In this document: in pieces, positions 1 to 11,538 of the stretch
Layout: the number at the start of each line of letters is the position of its first letter
How positions within the stretch are numbered: position 1 is the first letter of the stretch
Assembly: GCF_003019035.1 (NCBI RefSeq)
Contig: NZ_CP027447.1
Source: Escherichia coli
Lineage (GTDB): Bacteria; Pseudomonadota; Gammaproteobacteria; Enterobacterales; Enterobacteriaceae
Reading direction: 5' to 3' (one strand)
Length of the DNA stretch: 64,000 bases
Program-made: the position numbers and the translations under genes
The notes under the pieces: model-generated
The model's input: only the letters and a program-made list of their open reading frames with translations
Told to the model about the DNA's origin: nothing
Database searches by the model: none

Positions 1-285
1 TGCCGCAGGGCCAGTTATTGAGCGGTCAACGTGGCTCTCTGCTGCCAGGTGCATCACCGCGTCTGGCTGGTGCTGTGCGAAAATACGAGCCATCGCTTCG
101 GCATCGCAGATATCTGCATGCTCAAATGAATAACGTTCAGAATCAGAAATTTCAGCGAGTGATTCCAGGTTTCCGGCGTATGTTAATTTATCGACATTAA
201 CAACACTATCTTGCGTATTATTTATTATGTGACGAACAACAGCAGAACCAATAAATCCTGCGCCACCAGTAACAAGTATCTTCAC
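1..285 (-). CDS. rfbB: dTDP-glucose 4,6-dehydratase, N-terminal part (partial; gene continues beyond window start); GTG start at 285
   Basis: Reverse-complement translation gives [19 protein letters not shown]...[20 protein letters not shown], a Rossmann GxxGxxG N-terminus typical of RmlB; frame runs off the window edge. Confidence 0.85.
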   Translation of the reverse strand, partial: MKILVTGGAGFIGSAVVRHIINNTQDSVVNVDKLTYAGNLESLAEISDSERYSFEHADICDAEAMARIFAQHQPDAVMHLAAESHVDRSITGPAA

Positions 286-359
286 TTTTTTATTCCATAT
301 AGCCAGAGAGCATGCTGTGAAATAGACTGCTCCAGATTTGATTAATAGATGCATTAATG

Positions 360-399
360 CACGCTACCGCCCCTGGCTTAACAGCTACCAGAGCACTGC
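360..399 (-). promoter_or_regulatory. JUMPStart element with ops site (GGCGGTAGCGTG on minus strand) in the leader of the O-antigen operon
   Basis: Plus strand reads cacgctaccgcc at 360-371, the reverse complement of the ops 12-mer; it lies upstream of the rfbB start on the minus strand. Confidence 0.7.
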
Positions 400-576
400 G
401 TACATTTCCACGATGTGACGAGCGTAACCCACTCGTGCCAAATCCGAAAAATTCAAACGCTAATTGTCTTACCAAACAGCTGTAGAAACAAGGAAAATCC
501 TGGAAAAATTTGAACTATGATTGCAAGCTAACATGCTGTTTTTATTGTACTTATAAAAAAGACAACGGCAGTGAGA

Positions 577-631
577 TTCAATGAGCAAAACTTATGCTAT
601 GAATCTTCACTGCCGTTTTTAATTACTTACT
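577..631. terminator. Hairpin with flanking T/A runs downstream of galF; possible bidirectional terminator
   Basis: Inverted repeat cggcagtgagattca ... tgaatcttcactgccg followed by ttttt on plus strand and preceded by aaaaaa. Confidence 0.5.
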
Positions 632-657
632 GACCGACACTTCCAGTCAGGAATTTG

Positions 658-1551
658 TTACTCGCTTAACAGCTTCTCAATCCCTTTACGGAACTTCGCC
701 CCTTCTTTGAGGTTGCGTAGTCCATACTTCACAAATGCCTGCATATACCCCATTTTTTTACCGCAGTCGTAGCTGTCACCTGTCATCAGCATGGCATCAA
801 CGGACTGTTTTTTCGCCAGTTCAGCGATGGCATCAGTCAGCTGAATACGCCCCCATGCACCAGGCTGAGTGCGTTCAAGTTCCGGCCAAATATCTGCAGA
901 AAGCACATAGCGACCAACGGCCATGATGTCTGAGTCCAGCGTCTGCGGCTGATCCGGTTTTTCGATGAATTCAACAATGCGGCTGACTTTACCTTCGCGG
1001 TCCAGCGGCTCTTTGGTCTGGATGACAGAGTATTCAGAGAGGTCACCCGGCATACGTTTTGCCAGCACCTGGCTGCGGCCCGTTTCGTTGAAGCGCGCAA
1101 TCATGGCAGCAAGGTTGTAGCGCAGCGGGTCGGCGCTGGCGTCGTCGATCACAACGTCTGGCAGCACCACGACAAATGGATTGTCACCAATGGCAGGTCG
1201 TGCACATAAAATGGAGTGGCCCAAACCTAAAGGTTCGCCCTGACGCACGTTCATAATTGTCACGCCCGGCGGGCAAATGGACTGTACTTCCGCCAGCAGT
1301 TGACGCTTCACGCGCTGTTCAAGGAGAGATTCTAATTCATAAGAGGTGTCGAAGTGGTTTTCGACCGCGTTCTTGGAAGCGTGAGTTACCAGGAGGATTT
1401 CTTTGATCCCTGCAGCCACAATCTCGTCAACAATGTACTGAATCATTGGCTTGTCGACGATCGGTAGCATCTCTTTGGGAATCGCCTTAGTGGCAGGCAA
1501 CATATGCATCCCTAGACCCGCTACAGGAATAACTGCTTTTAAATTCGTCAT
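658..1551 (-). CDS. galF: UTP-glucose-1-phosphate uridylyltransferase regulatory paralogue GalF
   Basis: ORF-track protein [32 protein letters not shown]...; internal ATG at 1551 chosen over the 4-codon extension. Confidence 0.95.
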   Translation of the reverse strand: MTNLKAVIPVAGLGMHMLPATKAIPKEMLPIVDKPMIQYIVDEIVAAGIKEILLVTHASKNAVENHFDTSYELESLLEQRVKRQLLAEVQSICPPGVTIMNVRQGEPLGLGHSILCARPAIGDNPFVVVLPDVVIDDASADPLRYNLAAMIARFNETGRSQVLAKRMPGDLSEYSVIQTKEPLDREGKVSRIVEFIEKPDQPQTLDSDIMAVGRYVLSADIWPELERTQPGAWGRIQLTDAIAELAKKQSVDAMLMTGDSYDCGKKMGYMQAFVKYGLRNLKEGAKFRKGIEKLLSE

Positions 1552-1725
1552 TATTTCATCCACCTGTAAAATGGTTGCTGAATTATAGCTTGTTCGATTT
1601 TTTTCGCCAGCATCAATTACCCTGAATTGATTACTGAATTACTTGTGATGTTACGCCGCTTCGTTGTGGATTGCAGTAGCATTGTTCCTAAGTATGACTC
1701 CATTTTTCCAGGAATGGTCGCAAAT

Positions 1726-3120
1726 CTACTCTCTCCGTTCCGGCAATCTAAAGTTAATCTTTTCCACATTAACAATATGGTGATTAATCCTGTCGATATC
1801 GACGGAGCTTTGTCCTTTTTCATTCACCGCATGAACATTTGCAAGAGACAGCAGTGTTTCTTTTTTCGCCATAAACACGCCGCGAACGTCTTTGCGCATG
1901 TCAAAGTTCATGCTCAATGCTGGTCCAACTGAGGATTCCTGCATCACCTTGATATTACGCATAAAAAGATGTTGCGGCTTGTTGTGTAACTCCAATGACG
2001 CACGCTTCATCTCAATGTTAGTCAGCGCCACAAAGGAGACAGCATTCCCGGCGGAGATTTGGATGCCGCGCAATTTATAAGCAAGGTGAGTGTTATCCAG
2101 TTGAATATTATTCACTCGGAAATTTTGCGGTATCGAGAGATATTTGCCTTTAATTACCCCATAGCCGATTAACATCCCGGCACTATTAATCATTTCAATA
2201 TTATCAATTACAAAGTTGTCACAACCATAAATAGCAACTGTGGCGTTATCAATACCTGCTTTCTTACTGAAATCTGGCGTGATATTACGAGCTTTGATAT
2301 TACGGATAACAAAATGTTTACCATTTTCAACATGGATCAGTTGCCGACAATCCGATCCCGTGATATTCGCCACAACAAAGTTTTTCACTGCCTGGTCTTC
2401 CGGGTAGTTGTTATCATAAGTGCTTCCCGCAAGACCTATGCCAATGCCCCAGTTGATTTTGCCGTTAGTACAGTTGATGCGCTCGATGACATGGTCAGAT
2501 ATCAAAATATCACGGTCGTTAATCGCCACGTTCCATTCAATAGCGTCGCCCTGTAAGTCACTGAACTTACAGTTGGTGATGTTGGCACCGATAATCTGAT
2601 TATGAAATCCCTGGCGTAAGATGGCGTAGTTAGCGTGGCTAACGGTGAGGTTATCGATGGTCAGGTTGCGCATGACCCGTTTGTTTTTGCCGCCGATATA
2701 GATCTGCGTCACCGGGCCAAAGCCGCTCATCACCAGCCCTTTGATGGTGCAGTCAGAACCACGCACATCCAGGGTGATGTTATGTATACTGCCGCCCTCC
2801 CCCCCTGTCACCTGGCTGCCGTCCTGTAAGACAAATCGCCCTCTGCCGTTGCCGCGCAGGCTTCCAAGGATGTGTAACGTTTTACCTGCAGGAATGAAGA
2901 TGCCGGTGTTGATATTGTCGCAAACCAATCCGGCGGGCACGACGACCGTTTGCCCTTCGCTGAAGGCTTGTTTAAATGAGGCGATCCAGTCGTGAGGGTT
3001 GTAGTCGTTAATGTTAACGCTTTGCCGGGCAGGAAGTGCACGGGCGAAAGGGGTATGGAGGAAGGCAAGCGCCGAGCTTGCCGTCAGGAAGGTGCGTCGG
3101 GAGAGTTTTTTAAATGGCAT
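1726..3120 (-). CDS. wcaM: Colanic acid biosynthesis protein WcaM (twin-arginine-like signal SRRTFL at N-terminus)
   Basis: 464-aa ORF; position as last gene of the wca operon before galF; N-terminal [20 protein letters not shown]. Confidence 0.9.
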   Translation of the reverse strand: MPFKKLSRRTFLTASSALAFLHTPFARALPARQSVNINDYNPHDWIASFKQAFSEGQTVVVPAGLVCDNINTGIFIPAGKTLHILGSLRGNGRGRFVLQDGSQVTGGEGGSIHNITLDVRGSDCTIKGLVMSGFGPVTQIYIGGKNKRVMRNLTIDNLTVSHANYAILRQGFHNQIIGANITNCKFSDLQGDAIEWNVAINDRDILISDHVIERINCTNGKINWGIGIGLAGSTYDNNYPEDQAVKNFVVANITGSDCRQLIHVENGKHFVIRNIKARNITPDFSKKAGIDNATVAIYGCDNFVIDNIEMINSAGMLIGYGVIKGKYLSIPQNFRVNNIQLDNTHLAYKLRGIQISAGNAVSFVALTNIEMKRASLELHNKPQHLFMRNIKVMQESSVGPALSMNFDMRKDVRGVFMAKKETLLSLANVHAVNEKGQSSVDIDRINHHIVNVEKINFRLPERRE

Positions 3121-3130
3121 GCGTTCTCCT

Positions 3131-4351
3131 CTATAAAGCCTGCAGCAAGCTGGCGAGTTCTCGATTAATCACCTGCTGGTTAAAATCGTGTTCGACTTTT
3201 TCGCGAGCACGTTTGACGACCGGAGCCAGTTCGTCGGTGTCCAGTTGGCTAAACGCCGCCAGTCGTTGCGCCAGTGCTCGAGCATCGTTCTCAGGCACCA
3301 GCCAGCCGGATTTGTCGGCCTCCACCAGTTCCGGTATTCCGCTATGCAGAGTAGAAACCACCGGAATGCCGACCGCCATTGCTTCCATCAGCGCCACCGG
3401 AATGCCTTCCATATCGCCGTCAGCACCCGTTACCGATGGCAACAGAAAGACATCCGCGTCGTCGAGCATCGCCTTCACTTCGTGGCTCGGTTTAAAGCCC
3501 GGCATCTCTACCACATCTTCCAGTTGATATTGTTCTATGAGGGTGCGCAGGCGTCGTTCCCACGGGCCAATGCCGAGGATGCGATAACGAAATGCCACGC
3601 CCTGCTCTTTCAACTGACGGCAGGCTTCGATCGCCACGTGCAGGCCTTTTTTCTCGGTTAAGCGTGCGACGGAAATGATTTCCAGCGGCGTTGCGGGCGC
3701 TTTCACCGGACGCGGGCTAAAACGCGTCATGTCCACGCCCATGCGCGATACGGCAATTTTTTCCCTCGGGCAGCCCATTTTTTGCAGCCTTCCGGCCCAC
3801 AGTTCGCTAATCGGTAACATCAAATCGCCACGACGAAACAGTTGTTGATATTCGGGAGTGTAATGGTTGAGCACTTCCCGACTGGAGATATCAATGCCGT
3901 GGAAGATAGTGGCAATTTTGCCGCGAATGACACCCAGTTCCCGTAGTTTTGCTGCGGTTACCCCCGCAGGGCCAAAATGTGCGATAAAGACATCGGCATA
4001 AAATGGTATTGCGACCTGACCACAAATGGCAGACAAAATCAGGTTCCGCGACTCTGCACCATAGCGTTTGAGGTTAAGCGCCTGCCAGGTATTTTTACGA
4101 TGAATACCGCGCAACGTCTGGCTGGCGCGGTGGCGCAGTTTCGCCACTTTGCCTTGTGGCTCGTCCTGTAACCAGCGGGTTCTGGCGGCAAGGTTATATT
4201 TTGTCCATGCCGCGTGGGTGTTTTGTGTGTCGCCTTTTTGCAGCGCGACAATCTCCACCTCAAAGCCCATATCAATAAACGCGGTAATTTGATTGAGGAC
4301 GAAGGTTTCCGACGACAGTGGAAATTTCAGTAAAAAGAAGCCGACCTTCAT
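3131..4351 (-). CDS. wcaL: Colanic acid glycosyltransferase WcaL (GT4 family)
   Basis: 406-aa ORF, glycosyltransferase-like sequence, conserved position in the cluster. Confidence 0.9.
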   Translation of the reverse strand: MKVGFFLLKFPLSSETFVLNQITAFIDMGFEVEIVALQKGDTQNTHAAWTKYNLAARTRWLQDEPQGKVAKLRHRASQTLRGIHRKNTWQALNLKRYGAESRNLILSAICGQVAIPFYADVFIAHFGPAGVTAAKLRELGVIRGKIATIFHGIDISSREVLNHYTPEYQQLFRRGDLMLPISELWAGRLQKMGCPREKIAVSRMGVDMTRFSPRPVKAPATPLEIISVARLTEKKGLHVAIEACRQLKEQGVAFRYRILGIGPWERRLRTLIEQYQLEDVVEMPGFKPSHEVKAMLDDADVFLLPSVTGADGDMEGIPVALMEAMAVGIPVVSTLHSGIPELVEADKSGWLVPENDARALAQRLAAFSQLDTDELAPVVKRAREKVEHDFNQQVINRELASLLQAL

Positions 4352-5628
4352 TTCGCCTCCCCGATGCGTTCAAGCACAGATTTCACCATCTGCATTCCCG
4401 TCTGACGTTCGCGGCTGACGGCTTCGTTAAGTCGCGTGTTCAGTGCCGGAAGCTGGCCTAAGGTATCCGCAACCATCGCTTGCAGGCTGCCGTCTAATAA
4501 ATGACGGATATCAATTGCCATCTCTGGTAGCCCCAGTTGTTGCATGATCCCGGCGGATTTATGTTCATAGTTGATGGCAATTGCCGGAGTGGCAAAGTTC
4601 ATCGAGATAATAGCCGAGTGCAGGCGCGTACCGACGGTGAGTTCACAGGCACCGAGAATTTTGCCCATTTCCAGATCGTTGAGTTCATCCATCACTACGT
4701 GATAACGGGCAGGATCGCTGATGTGCTGACGCAGGTTGAGCGCCACCATGCGGTCGTCTTTGTTATAGCTGTCGATGCCCGTACAGGTGGAGAGCGCAAT
4801 CACCTGATACCCTTCATCGAGAATGCGATTGACCACCCCGGCAAAGGCTTTTTCATACGCTTGTTGAGTGGTGCCGAGACGTTTGTCGAACGGTGCCAGT
4901 TCGCGCAGGGTAATTGCCACCGTTTTCTGTTGTGCGGCAACGTCCAGCCAGTGTTGAACGGCATAGCTGGCGGTGAAATCTTCTGTGTGGTGATCGACCA
5001 GCCATGCGGTATCGACCCCATGTTCGACTTTTGCGGTAGTGATATTGCTGTGTTTCATTAGTTCCAGGCTGACCGATTCGCGCAGGATCAGCGCGTCGCA
5101 GTGACCGAATACGTAGTTCGCCAGTTGGTTAAATTGCTCATCCTGGAACGGGCCGACGCTGTGACCAATCATAAACAGCGGCTTTTTCGCCATAAACGTG
5201 CAAAGCGCGTGTTCAAACTGCGGCACGCCGTAGAGATCAACAAAAAACGAACCGCCGACCTGGATAATGGCATCGTAACCTGAAAGCAGGCGCACAAAGT
5301 CAGTAAATCCCTGGGCAATGGCGATATTACGCAGCTTGCCAGTGTCGGTGACGCGTGAGAGCAATACCTGGTGCTGGTAGCGGCGACGGAGGACTTTTTT
5401 TACGCGCCCGACAACGCCCGCCGCGCTGTTGTGTTGTTTCATTTGCAGGAACAGCGGATCGCCCATTACCGGACGGTTGAGCAGCCAGGAAGAACTGACC
5501 GGATAGCGGCTCATTACGTCCACTTCGGCGTGTGGATTGAGGATGTTGATGGCATCAAGTAAGCCGCGCAAGATGGCGCTGTCGCCGCGATTGCCGCAAG
5601 TGTGGTTGCCCAGAATCAGTAATTTCAT
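4348..5628 (-). CDS. wcaK: Colanic acid pyruvyl transferase WcaK
   Basis: 426-aa ORF; 4-nt overlap with wcaL; cluster position. Confidence 0.9.
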   Translation of the reverse strand: MKLLILGNHTCGNRGDSAILRGLLDAINILNPHAEVDVMSRYPVSSSWLLNRPVMGDPLFLQMKQHNSAAGVVGRVKKVLRRRYQHQVLLSRVTDTGKLRNIAIAQGFTDFVRLLSGYDAIIQVGGSFFVDLYGVPQFEHALCTFMAKKPLFMIGHSVGPFQDEQFNQLANYVFGHCDALILRESVSLELMKHSNITTAKVEHGVDTAWLVDHHTEDFTASYAVQHWLDVAAQQKTVAITLRELAPFDKRLGTTQQAYEKAFAGVVNRILDEGYQVIALSTCTGIDSYNKDDRMVALNLRQHISDPARYHVVMDELNDLEMGKILGACELTVGTRLHSAIISMNFATPAIAINYEHKSAGIMQQLGLPEMAIDIRHLLDGSLQAMVADTLGQLPALNTRLNEAVSRERQTGMQMVKSVLERIGEAK

Positions 5629-5699
5629 TTTTTCCTCATAAATTTGATGCCAGGTGAGGTTATGTTGTTGTTTTTATTGCCGGTGCCTAAAACAACAAC

Positions 5700-7178
5700 T
5701 CACCCCGCCCGTAAAAGCATTTTCATTTTTTCGCTGCGACAAAACTGACGCTTCACTTCCACCACCAGCGGATGGCGCGACAACACAATCATCACCACAA
5801 ACGCCAGCACGCCTGCGGCTATTTGCACCGCCAGCAGCATCCCCAGCGCCAGTTGCCCTTTCAGCACAATGCCCAGCGCATAACTAACCACCAGCGTCGG
5901 CAGCGAGAGATAAAACGGCAGCCATAAACTCAGGATGTACTGGCGATAACTGGAACCGAGCACCGGTTTAATCATCACGAAATAGCTCAGAATGGTGTTG
6001 ATAATCTGCACCAGCAGGAAGCCGAGCGTGACGCCGATTGCGCCCGCCATCTGCCCACCAATAACAATCGCCGGAATAAACAGAAATGTTTTGAATACGT
6101 TGAATTTAAAGCTGATATCGACCCGCGCTTTCGCCATCAGCAGCGAACCAATCGGGTTCCCCACTGAGCGCAGCAGCCCCACCACACACAGCAATTGCAG
6201 CACCGGAATAATGCTGCTCCACTTCTCACCAAAGACCAGCGGTACAAAGTTATTCGACACCACCATCAGCCCCAGCAGCGCCGGAAAGTTGATAATCCCC
6301 ACCACCGACAGCAGCTTGTAGAAGTTGACGCGCAGCTTTTCGGTGTCGTCCTGAATTTTGGCAAACGCCGGAAACAACACGCGCGTGATGATTGGGTTCA
6401 GCTTCATCGGCGGCACAACGGCCACGTTGTACGCCAGGTTGTATCCCCCAGCTACGCCCGCGCCGAGAATACGCGCCAGCACCAGCGTTGAAAGGTTGGT
6501 ATTGAGATAGTTGATGATGCTGTCCGCCGTCAGCCAGGCACCAAAACGTAAGTTTGGTGCCACCGACGCCAGCGAGAAGTGCAGACCGGGGCGATAAATT
6601 TTGCGACCAAAGTAGCCAAACAGCAGCGTTCTTACCGCACTATTGACCAGATAACCGAGGATCGCGGTCATCGCCAGTGGCCAGAAATGGGCGCTAACCA
6701 CCGTAAAAGTGAAGCCCGCCAGCACCGCGCTGGTTTCGATCATGCCGATTTTGTTGAACTCCAGCTCTTTTTGCATCAACGCGCGGAACTGCTGCCCGTG
6801 GGGGATCACCACAAACGCCAGCGACAATGTTTTAATCAACGGTGCCAGGTCCGGATTATTCAGCATGTCGCCAATGGCATCACTCAACAAAAACACCGCC
6901 ACACACACCACAAGCCCCAGCCCAACGTTCAGCCAGTACAGCGTGGTGAGTTCAAGGTGGCTGATTTCTTTTCGCTGAATAATCGAGTTAGCGATACCGA
7001 AGTCAGAAAGCGTATCTGCCAGCGCGATGATCACCAGCGACACGGTAAGCAAACCGAACTGGTGGTTGTCGATAATCCGCGCCAGCACGGTCATCTGCAC
7101 CAGCCCGAGGCCGATGATGATCACCGTGGCAATCGCCGACCACTTCGCGCCGCTGATGGTTTTTTCACGTAAGCTCAT
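5700..7178 (-). CDS. wzxC: Colanic acid repeat-unit flippase WzxC (multi-pass membrane protein)
   Basis: 492-aa highly hydrophobic ORF; cluster position. Confidence 0.9.
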   Translation of the reverse strand: MSLREKTISGAKWSAIATVIIIGLGLVQMTVLARIIDNHQFGLLTVSLVIIALADTLSDFGIANSIIQRKEISHLELTTLYWLNVGLGLVVCVAVFLLSDAIGDMLNNPDLAPLIKTLSLAFVVIPHGQQFRALMQKELEFNKIGMIETSAVLAGFTFTVVSAHFWPLAMTAILGYLVNSAVRTLLFGYFGRKIYRPGLHFSLASVAPNLRFGAWLTADSIINYLNTNLSTLVLARILGAGVAGGYNLAYNVAVVPPMKLNPIITRVLFPAFAKIQDDTEKLRVNFYKLLSVVGIINFPALLGLMVVSNNFVPLVFGEKWSSIIPVLQLLCVVGLLRSVGNPIGSLLMAKARVDISFKFNVFKTFLFIPAIVIGGQMAGAIGVTLGFLLVQIINTILSYFVMIKPVLGSSYRQYILSLWLPFYLSLPTLVVSYALGIVLKGQLALGMLLAVQIAAGVLAFVVMIVLSRHPLVVEVKRQFCRSEKMKMLLRAG

Positions 7179-7179
7179 A

Positions 7180-8574
7180 TCAATATGCCGCTTTGTTAAC
7201 GAAGCCTTTGAATACCGTCAGGAAAACGATTTTGATATCGAACCAGACGCTCCATTCGCGGATGTACTCAAGGTCGAACTCGACGCGTTTTTCCATTTTC
7301 TCCAGCGTGTCGGTTTCGCCGCGCCAGCCGTTAATCTGCGCCCAGCCGGTAATGCCCGGTTTCACTTTATGGCGCAGCATGTAGCCTTCAATGAGCTGGC
7401 GATACTGTTCGTTATGCGCCACCGCATGCGGACGCGGACCGACAATCGACATCCCGCCAGTCAGCACATTGATAAACTGCGGCAATTCGTCCAGCGAGGT
7501 GCGGCGCAGAAAGTTCCCCACTTTGGTGACGCGCGGATCGTTCTGCGTCGCCTGAGTCACCACTTTGTCGTTCTCCATCACTTTCATCGAACGGAACTTC
7601 CACACTTTGATCGGCTTGCCATCCATGCCGTAGCGAGTCTGGCGAAAAATAACCGGCCCCGGTGAGCTCAGTTTCACCGCTAGCGCAATGCAGCACAGCA
7701 CCGGGGAGATCAGCAGCAGGATAAGCGTCGCCAGCACAATGTCTTCCGCACGTTTGAGCAGGCGGTTAACCCCGGAAAGCGGCGTGTCATACAGCGGCAC
7801 CACCGGTACGCCATTCATCTCTTCGAGGCGTGAATGGAGAATGTTGAAGGTAAAGACATCGGGGATCAGCAGCACCGAACAGGTGGTGTCCGCCAGTTGA
7901 TGGACCAGTTTTTTCACTCGCGCGCCGTCGCACATCTGCATCGCGATATAGACGTTATGAATCTTGCCCGCTTTCGCATCCTCGACCAGCTGTTGCAGAT
8001 TACCCGCCCAGTCGTTAGAAACGCCACCCGGTTTCGGGTCGTGGTAAACGCCCACCACTTCAAACCCTAACCACGGCTGATTACGGAAGCTCTCCATCAG
8101 CATTTGTCCGGCGGCTAAATCCCCCGCCACCGCGACCATGCGCTTGTTATAGCCATGATTACGCAGCCAGCCCGCCCCAATACGAATACATGAACGGCAA
8201 ACCACCAGTCCGATGCTGGTCAGCCCATACCACGCCAGCCAGATTTTCAGTTGCGTGTCGAAATCATTATTGAACGCCACCAGTCCGGCGCTGAAAATCA
8301 CGCTTAAGGTCCAGTTTTGTAGCAGCAGGGCAAATTCTGTCGCTGCCCGAACACCGCGCCATGAGCGATAAAAATCGGTGATGCCACCCAGCATCTGGAA
8401 CACCACCAGCGTAATCAGCGCCACCAACAGGTGCATGTAGAGGAATGACAGGCCGCTCACTTCGCAAACCAGCCATAGTCCGGCAAACATGATGGTGATA
8501 TCTGAAAAGCGTTGCACCATAGAGATTAACGATGCATTGGTTTTCGCTCGCTCGCGCTTTTTTAGATTTGTCAT
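7180..8574 (-). CDS. wcaJ: Undecaprenyl-phosphate glucose phosphotransferase WcaJ
   Basis: 464-aa ORF with N-terminal TM segments and C-terminal sugar-transferase domain (…PRPHAVAHNEQYRQLIEGYMLRHKVKPGITGWAQ…). Confidence 0.92.
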   Translation of the reverse strand: MTNLKKRERAKTNASLISMVQRFSDITIMFAGLWLVCEVSGLSFLYMHLLVALITLVVFQMLGGITDFYRSWRGVRAATEFALLLQNWTLSVIFSAGLVAFNNDFDTQLKIWLAWYGLTSIGLVVCRSCIRIGAGWLRNHGYNKRMVAVAGDLAAGQMLMESFRNQPWLGFEVVGVYHDPKPGGVSNDWAGNLQQLVEDAKAGKIHNVYIAMQMCDGARVKKLVHQLADTTCSVLLIPDVFTFNILHSRLEEMNGVPVVPLYDTPLSGVNRLLKRAEDIVLATLILLLISPVLCCIALAVKLSSPGPVIFRQTRYGMDGKPIKVWKFRSMKVMENDKVVTQATQNDPRVTKVGNFLRRTSLDELPQFINVLTGGMSIVGPRPHAVAHNEQYRQLIEGYMLRHKVKPGITGWAQINGWRGETDTLEKMEKRVEFDLEYIREWSVWFDIKIVFLTVFKGFVNKAAY

Positions 8575-8628
8575 CGTTGTTCCTGTTTTTAACCCCTTAC
8601 CCGCAGTGGGGTAAGGGAAGATCCGACA

Positions 8629-9999
8629 TTACTCGTTCAGCAACGTCAGCAGAGTTCGCGTTCGCGCTTCCATCAGCGGCACATCACCGCGCGATTCCAC
8701 ATTCAACCGCACCACCGGTTCGGTGTTGGAGGAGCGCAGGTTAAAGCGCCAGTCGGCAAAGGTCATGCTGATGCCATCGGTGCGATCCACCGCCAGCGCC
8801 TCACGGCTAAAATGCTGTTCCACGCGGTTAATCGCCTCAACGGGTTGCGCCAGTTTGCTGTTGATCTCACCGCTTGCCGGAAACGCTGCCATCCGGTCGC
8901 GCACCAGTTCGCCCAGCGTTTTTCCTTTCAGGCACACCAGTTCGGCGACCAGCAGCCACGGGATCATGCCGCTGTCGCAGTAAGCGAAATCACGGAAATA
9001 GTGGTGGGCGCTCATTTCGCCACCGTAGATGGCGTCTTCCTTGCGCATACGTTCTTTAATAAAGGCGTGTCCGGTTTTCGACATTACCGGGGTGCCGCCT
9101 GCGGCAGTCACCACATCAACGGTGTTCCAGGAGAGACGTGGATCGTGGATGATCTTCGCGCCGGGATTTTTTTCGAGGAACGCTTCTGCCAGCAGGCCGA
9201 CAATGTAGTAGCCCTCAATAAACTGCCCTTTTTCGTCAAACAGGAAACAGCGGTCAAAATCGCCATCAAAAGCAATGCCCATATCCGCGCCGTGTTTAAT
9301 GACCGCATTGCGGGTGTCGTCGCGACATTCCGGCAGCAACGGGTTAGGAATACCGTTGGGGAAATTGCCGTCCGGCGTGTTATGCACTTTGATTAACTCC
9401 ACCGGTGCGCCGAGGGCTTTAAAGCGGGCTTCGATGGCGTCCACCACCGGACCCGCTGCGCCGTTCCCGGAGTTGATCACCAGCTTGAGCGGCGTAAGGT
9501 TTTTGATATTGATATAACCGAACAGGTGATCAACGTATGCATCACGCAGGTTGATTTGCTGATAGCGACCGCGTTTGGTTTCATCAACGGGAGGAAAGTC
9601 GTTGGCTTCTGCCAGACGCTGGACGTCGCGCAGTCCGGTATCGCCGCTGATCGGGCGAGCCCCTTCGCGCACCAGCTTCATGCCGTTGTAATCCATCGGG
9701 TTATGGCTGGCGGTAACTTCGATGCCGCCATCCACGCCGAGATGGAACGTGGCGAAATAGATTTCTTCGGTGCCGGACATACCGATATCCAGCACATCGA
9801 CGCCCGCATCCTGTAAACCTTTCGCCAGCGCCAGTTTTAAGGTTTCGCTGGTGAGGCGGACATCACCGCCTAACACAATGGTTTTCGGTTTGAGAAATTC
9901 GCCATAGGCGCGACCAATGCGCCAGGCGATATCTTCATTCAGTTCTTCGCCTAATTTCCCGCGAATATCATAGGCTTTAAAGCAGGTTAATTTTTTCAT
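8629..9999 (-). CDS. cpsG: Phosphomannomutase
   Basis: Protein [19 protein letters not shown]… with phosphohexomutase active site TASHNP; start taken at internal ATG 9999 rather than ORF-track extension. Confidence 0.93.
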   Translation of the reverse strand: MKKLTCFKAYDIRGKLGEELNEDIAWRIGRAYGEFLKPKTIVLGGDVRLTSETLKLALAKGLQDAGVDVLDIGMSGTEEIYFATFHLGVDGGIEVTASHNPMDYNGMKLVREGARPISGDTGLRDVQRLAEANDFPPVDETKRGRYQQINLRDAYVDHLFGYINIKNLTPLKLVINSGNGAAGPVVDAIEARFKALGAPVELIKVHNTPDGNFPNGIPNPLLPECRDDTRNAVIKHGADMGIAFDGDFDRCFLFDEKGQFIEGYYIVGLLAEAFLEKNPGAKIIHDPRLSWNTVDVVTAAGGTPVMSKTGHAFIKERMRKEDAIYGGEMSAHHYFRDFAYCDSGMIPWLLVAELVCLKGKTLGELVRDRMAAFPASGEINSKLAQPVEAINRVEQHFSREALAVDRTDGISMTFADWRFNLRSSNTEPVVRLNVESRGDVPLMEARTRTLLTLLNE

Positions 10000-10099
10000 G
10001 TCGTTACCCTTTTTCAGGCAATAGTTGGCCCTGACCGAAACGGCCAATTTTGTTTTTTCGTTATTTACCGGAGAATTAATCCGGTTGATTATTCAACGG

Positions 10100-11536
10100 C
10101 TACACCCGTCCGTAGCGATCCGCGAAGCGCACCACATCATCCTCTTCGAGATAAGAGCCGGAGCGCACTTCAATTAAATCGAGCGGAATTTTCCCCGGGT
10201 TTTCCAGGCAGTGCGTCGCCCCCAGCGGAATATAAATGGACTCGTTTTCACCAAGCAGTTTGATATCACCGTCAATGGTGACTTTTGCCGTTCCCGCGAC
10301 CACTACCCAGTGTTCCGCGCGGTGATGGTGCATCTGTACCGACAAGCCCTCGCCCGGTTTCACGGTGATGCGTTTCACCTGGTAGCGATCGCCCGCGTCG
10401 ATAGAGTCATATTTGCCCCACGGGCGATACACTTCGCGATGCACCCGATGCTCATGGCGACCATCGGCTTTGATCTGCTCGACCACTTTTTTCACATCCT
10501 GAACCGCGTTACGGTCGGCAATCAGCACCGCATCTTTGGTCTGCACTACCACCAAATCTTTCACCCCGACGGTGGTGACCAGGCCAGATTCGGCATACAC
10601 ATAGCTGTTTTCGGTTTTGTGATTAATCACATCACCGTGGCAAACGTTGCCCTCGGCGGTGTGGGCGCTGATCTCCCATAAAGAGGACCAGGAGCCGACA
10701 TCGCTCCAGCCTGCATCCATCGGCACCACAACGGCATCTGCCGTTCGTTCCATGACCGCGTAATCCACCGACTCTTCCGGGCAGGCCAGAAACGCTTCTT
10801 CATCCACACGAATAAAATCGAGATCCGGATCGACGGCGCTCATCGCTTTTTCACAGGCGTCGAGAATATCCGGGCGATATTTTTTCAGTTCTTCGAGATA
10901 GCATCCGGCGCGGAACAGGAACATGCCGCTGTTCCAGTAATATTCGCCGCTTGCTACATAGGCCTGGGCGGTTTCCAGATTCGGTTTTTCGACAAACTGC
11001 GCCACTTCAAAGGCCACCGTATCCTGCTCACCCGCAGACACTTCACCGCGACGAATATAGCCATATCCGGTTTCAGGTAGATCCGGCACAATGCCGAAGG
11101 TCACCAGCTTGCCCGCTTCGGCATATGGCATGGCATTACGCACGGCGGCACGGAACGCGTCTTCATCGGCAATCACATGATCCGCCGCCAAGACCAGCAT
11201 TAACGGGTCGCTCTCCGGGCTATGACGTTTTGCCGCCAGCGCCGCCAGCGCAATGGCAGGTGCAGTGTTACGCCCTGCCGGTTCGAGAATAATGTTCTCG
11301 GTGAGTTTATTCAGTTGACGCAGCTGTTCCGCGACAATAAAGCGGTGCTGCTCATTGCAAATCACCACCGGGCTTTCGCACTCCACGCCGTTCAGGCGGC
11401 AGATGGTGGTTTGCAGCATGGTGAGATCGCCTTTCAGGCATAAAAACTGCTTGGGATAAAGTACGCGGGAAAGCGGCCATAAGCGGCTACCGGAGCCACC
11501 TGCCATCACAACTGGATAGAGTTTCGACTGCGCCAT
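10100..11536 (-). CDS. cpsB: Mannose-1-phosphate guanylyltransferase
   Basis: 478-aa [27 protein letters not shown]… (nucleotidyltransferase G-rich loop) with C-terminal cupin. Confidence 0.93.
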   Translation of the reverse strand: MAQSKLYPVVMAGGSGSRLWPLSRVLYPKQFLCLKGDLTMLQTTICRLNGVECESPVVICNEQHRFIVAEQLRQLNKLTENIILEPAGRNTAPAIALAALAAKRHSPESDPLMLVLAADHVIADEDAFRAAVRNAMPYAEAGKLVTFGIVPDLPETGYGYIRRGEVSAGEQDTVAFEVAQFVEKPNLETAQAYVASGEYYWNSGMFLFRAGCYLEELKKYRPDILDACEKAMSAVDPDLDFIRVDEEAFLACPEESVDYAVMERTADAVVVPMDAGWSDVGSWSSLWEISAHTAEGNVCHGDVINHKTENSYVYAESGLVTTVGVKDLVVVQTKDAVLIADRNAVQDVKKVVEQIKADGRHEHRVHREVYRPWGKYDSIDAGDRYQVKRITVKPGEGLSVQMHHHRAEHWVVVAGTAKVTIDGDIKLLGENESIYIPLGATHCLENPGKIPLDLIEVRSGSYLEEDDVVRFADRYGRV

Positions 11537-11538
11537 AA

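Noticed and set aside
7027-7665. 212-aa plus-strand ORF
   Set aside because: Antisense to wzxC/wcaJ with low-complexity composition.
10047-10100. Hairpin ttggccctgaccgaaacggccaa followed by T-run on the plus strand
   Set aside because: It sits between two minus-strand genes of one operon; on the transcribed strand it is not followed by a U-tract, so it is unlikely to be a functional terminator.
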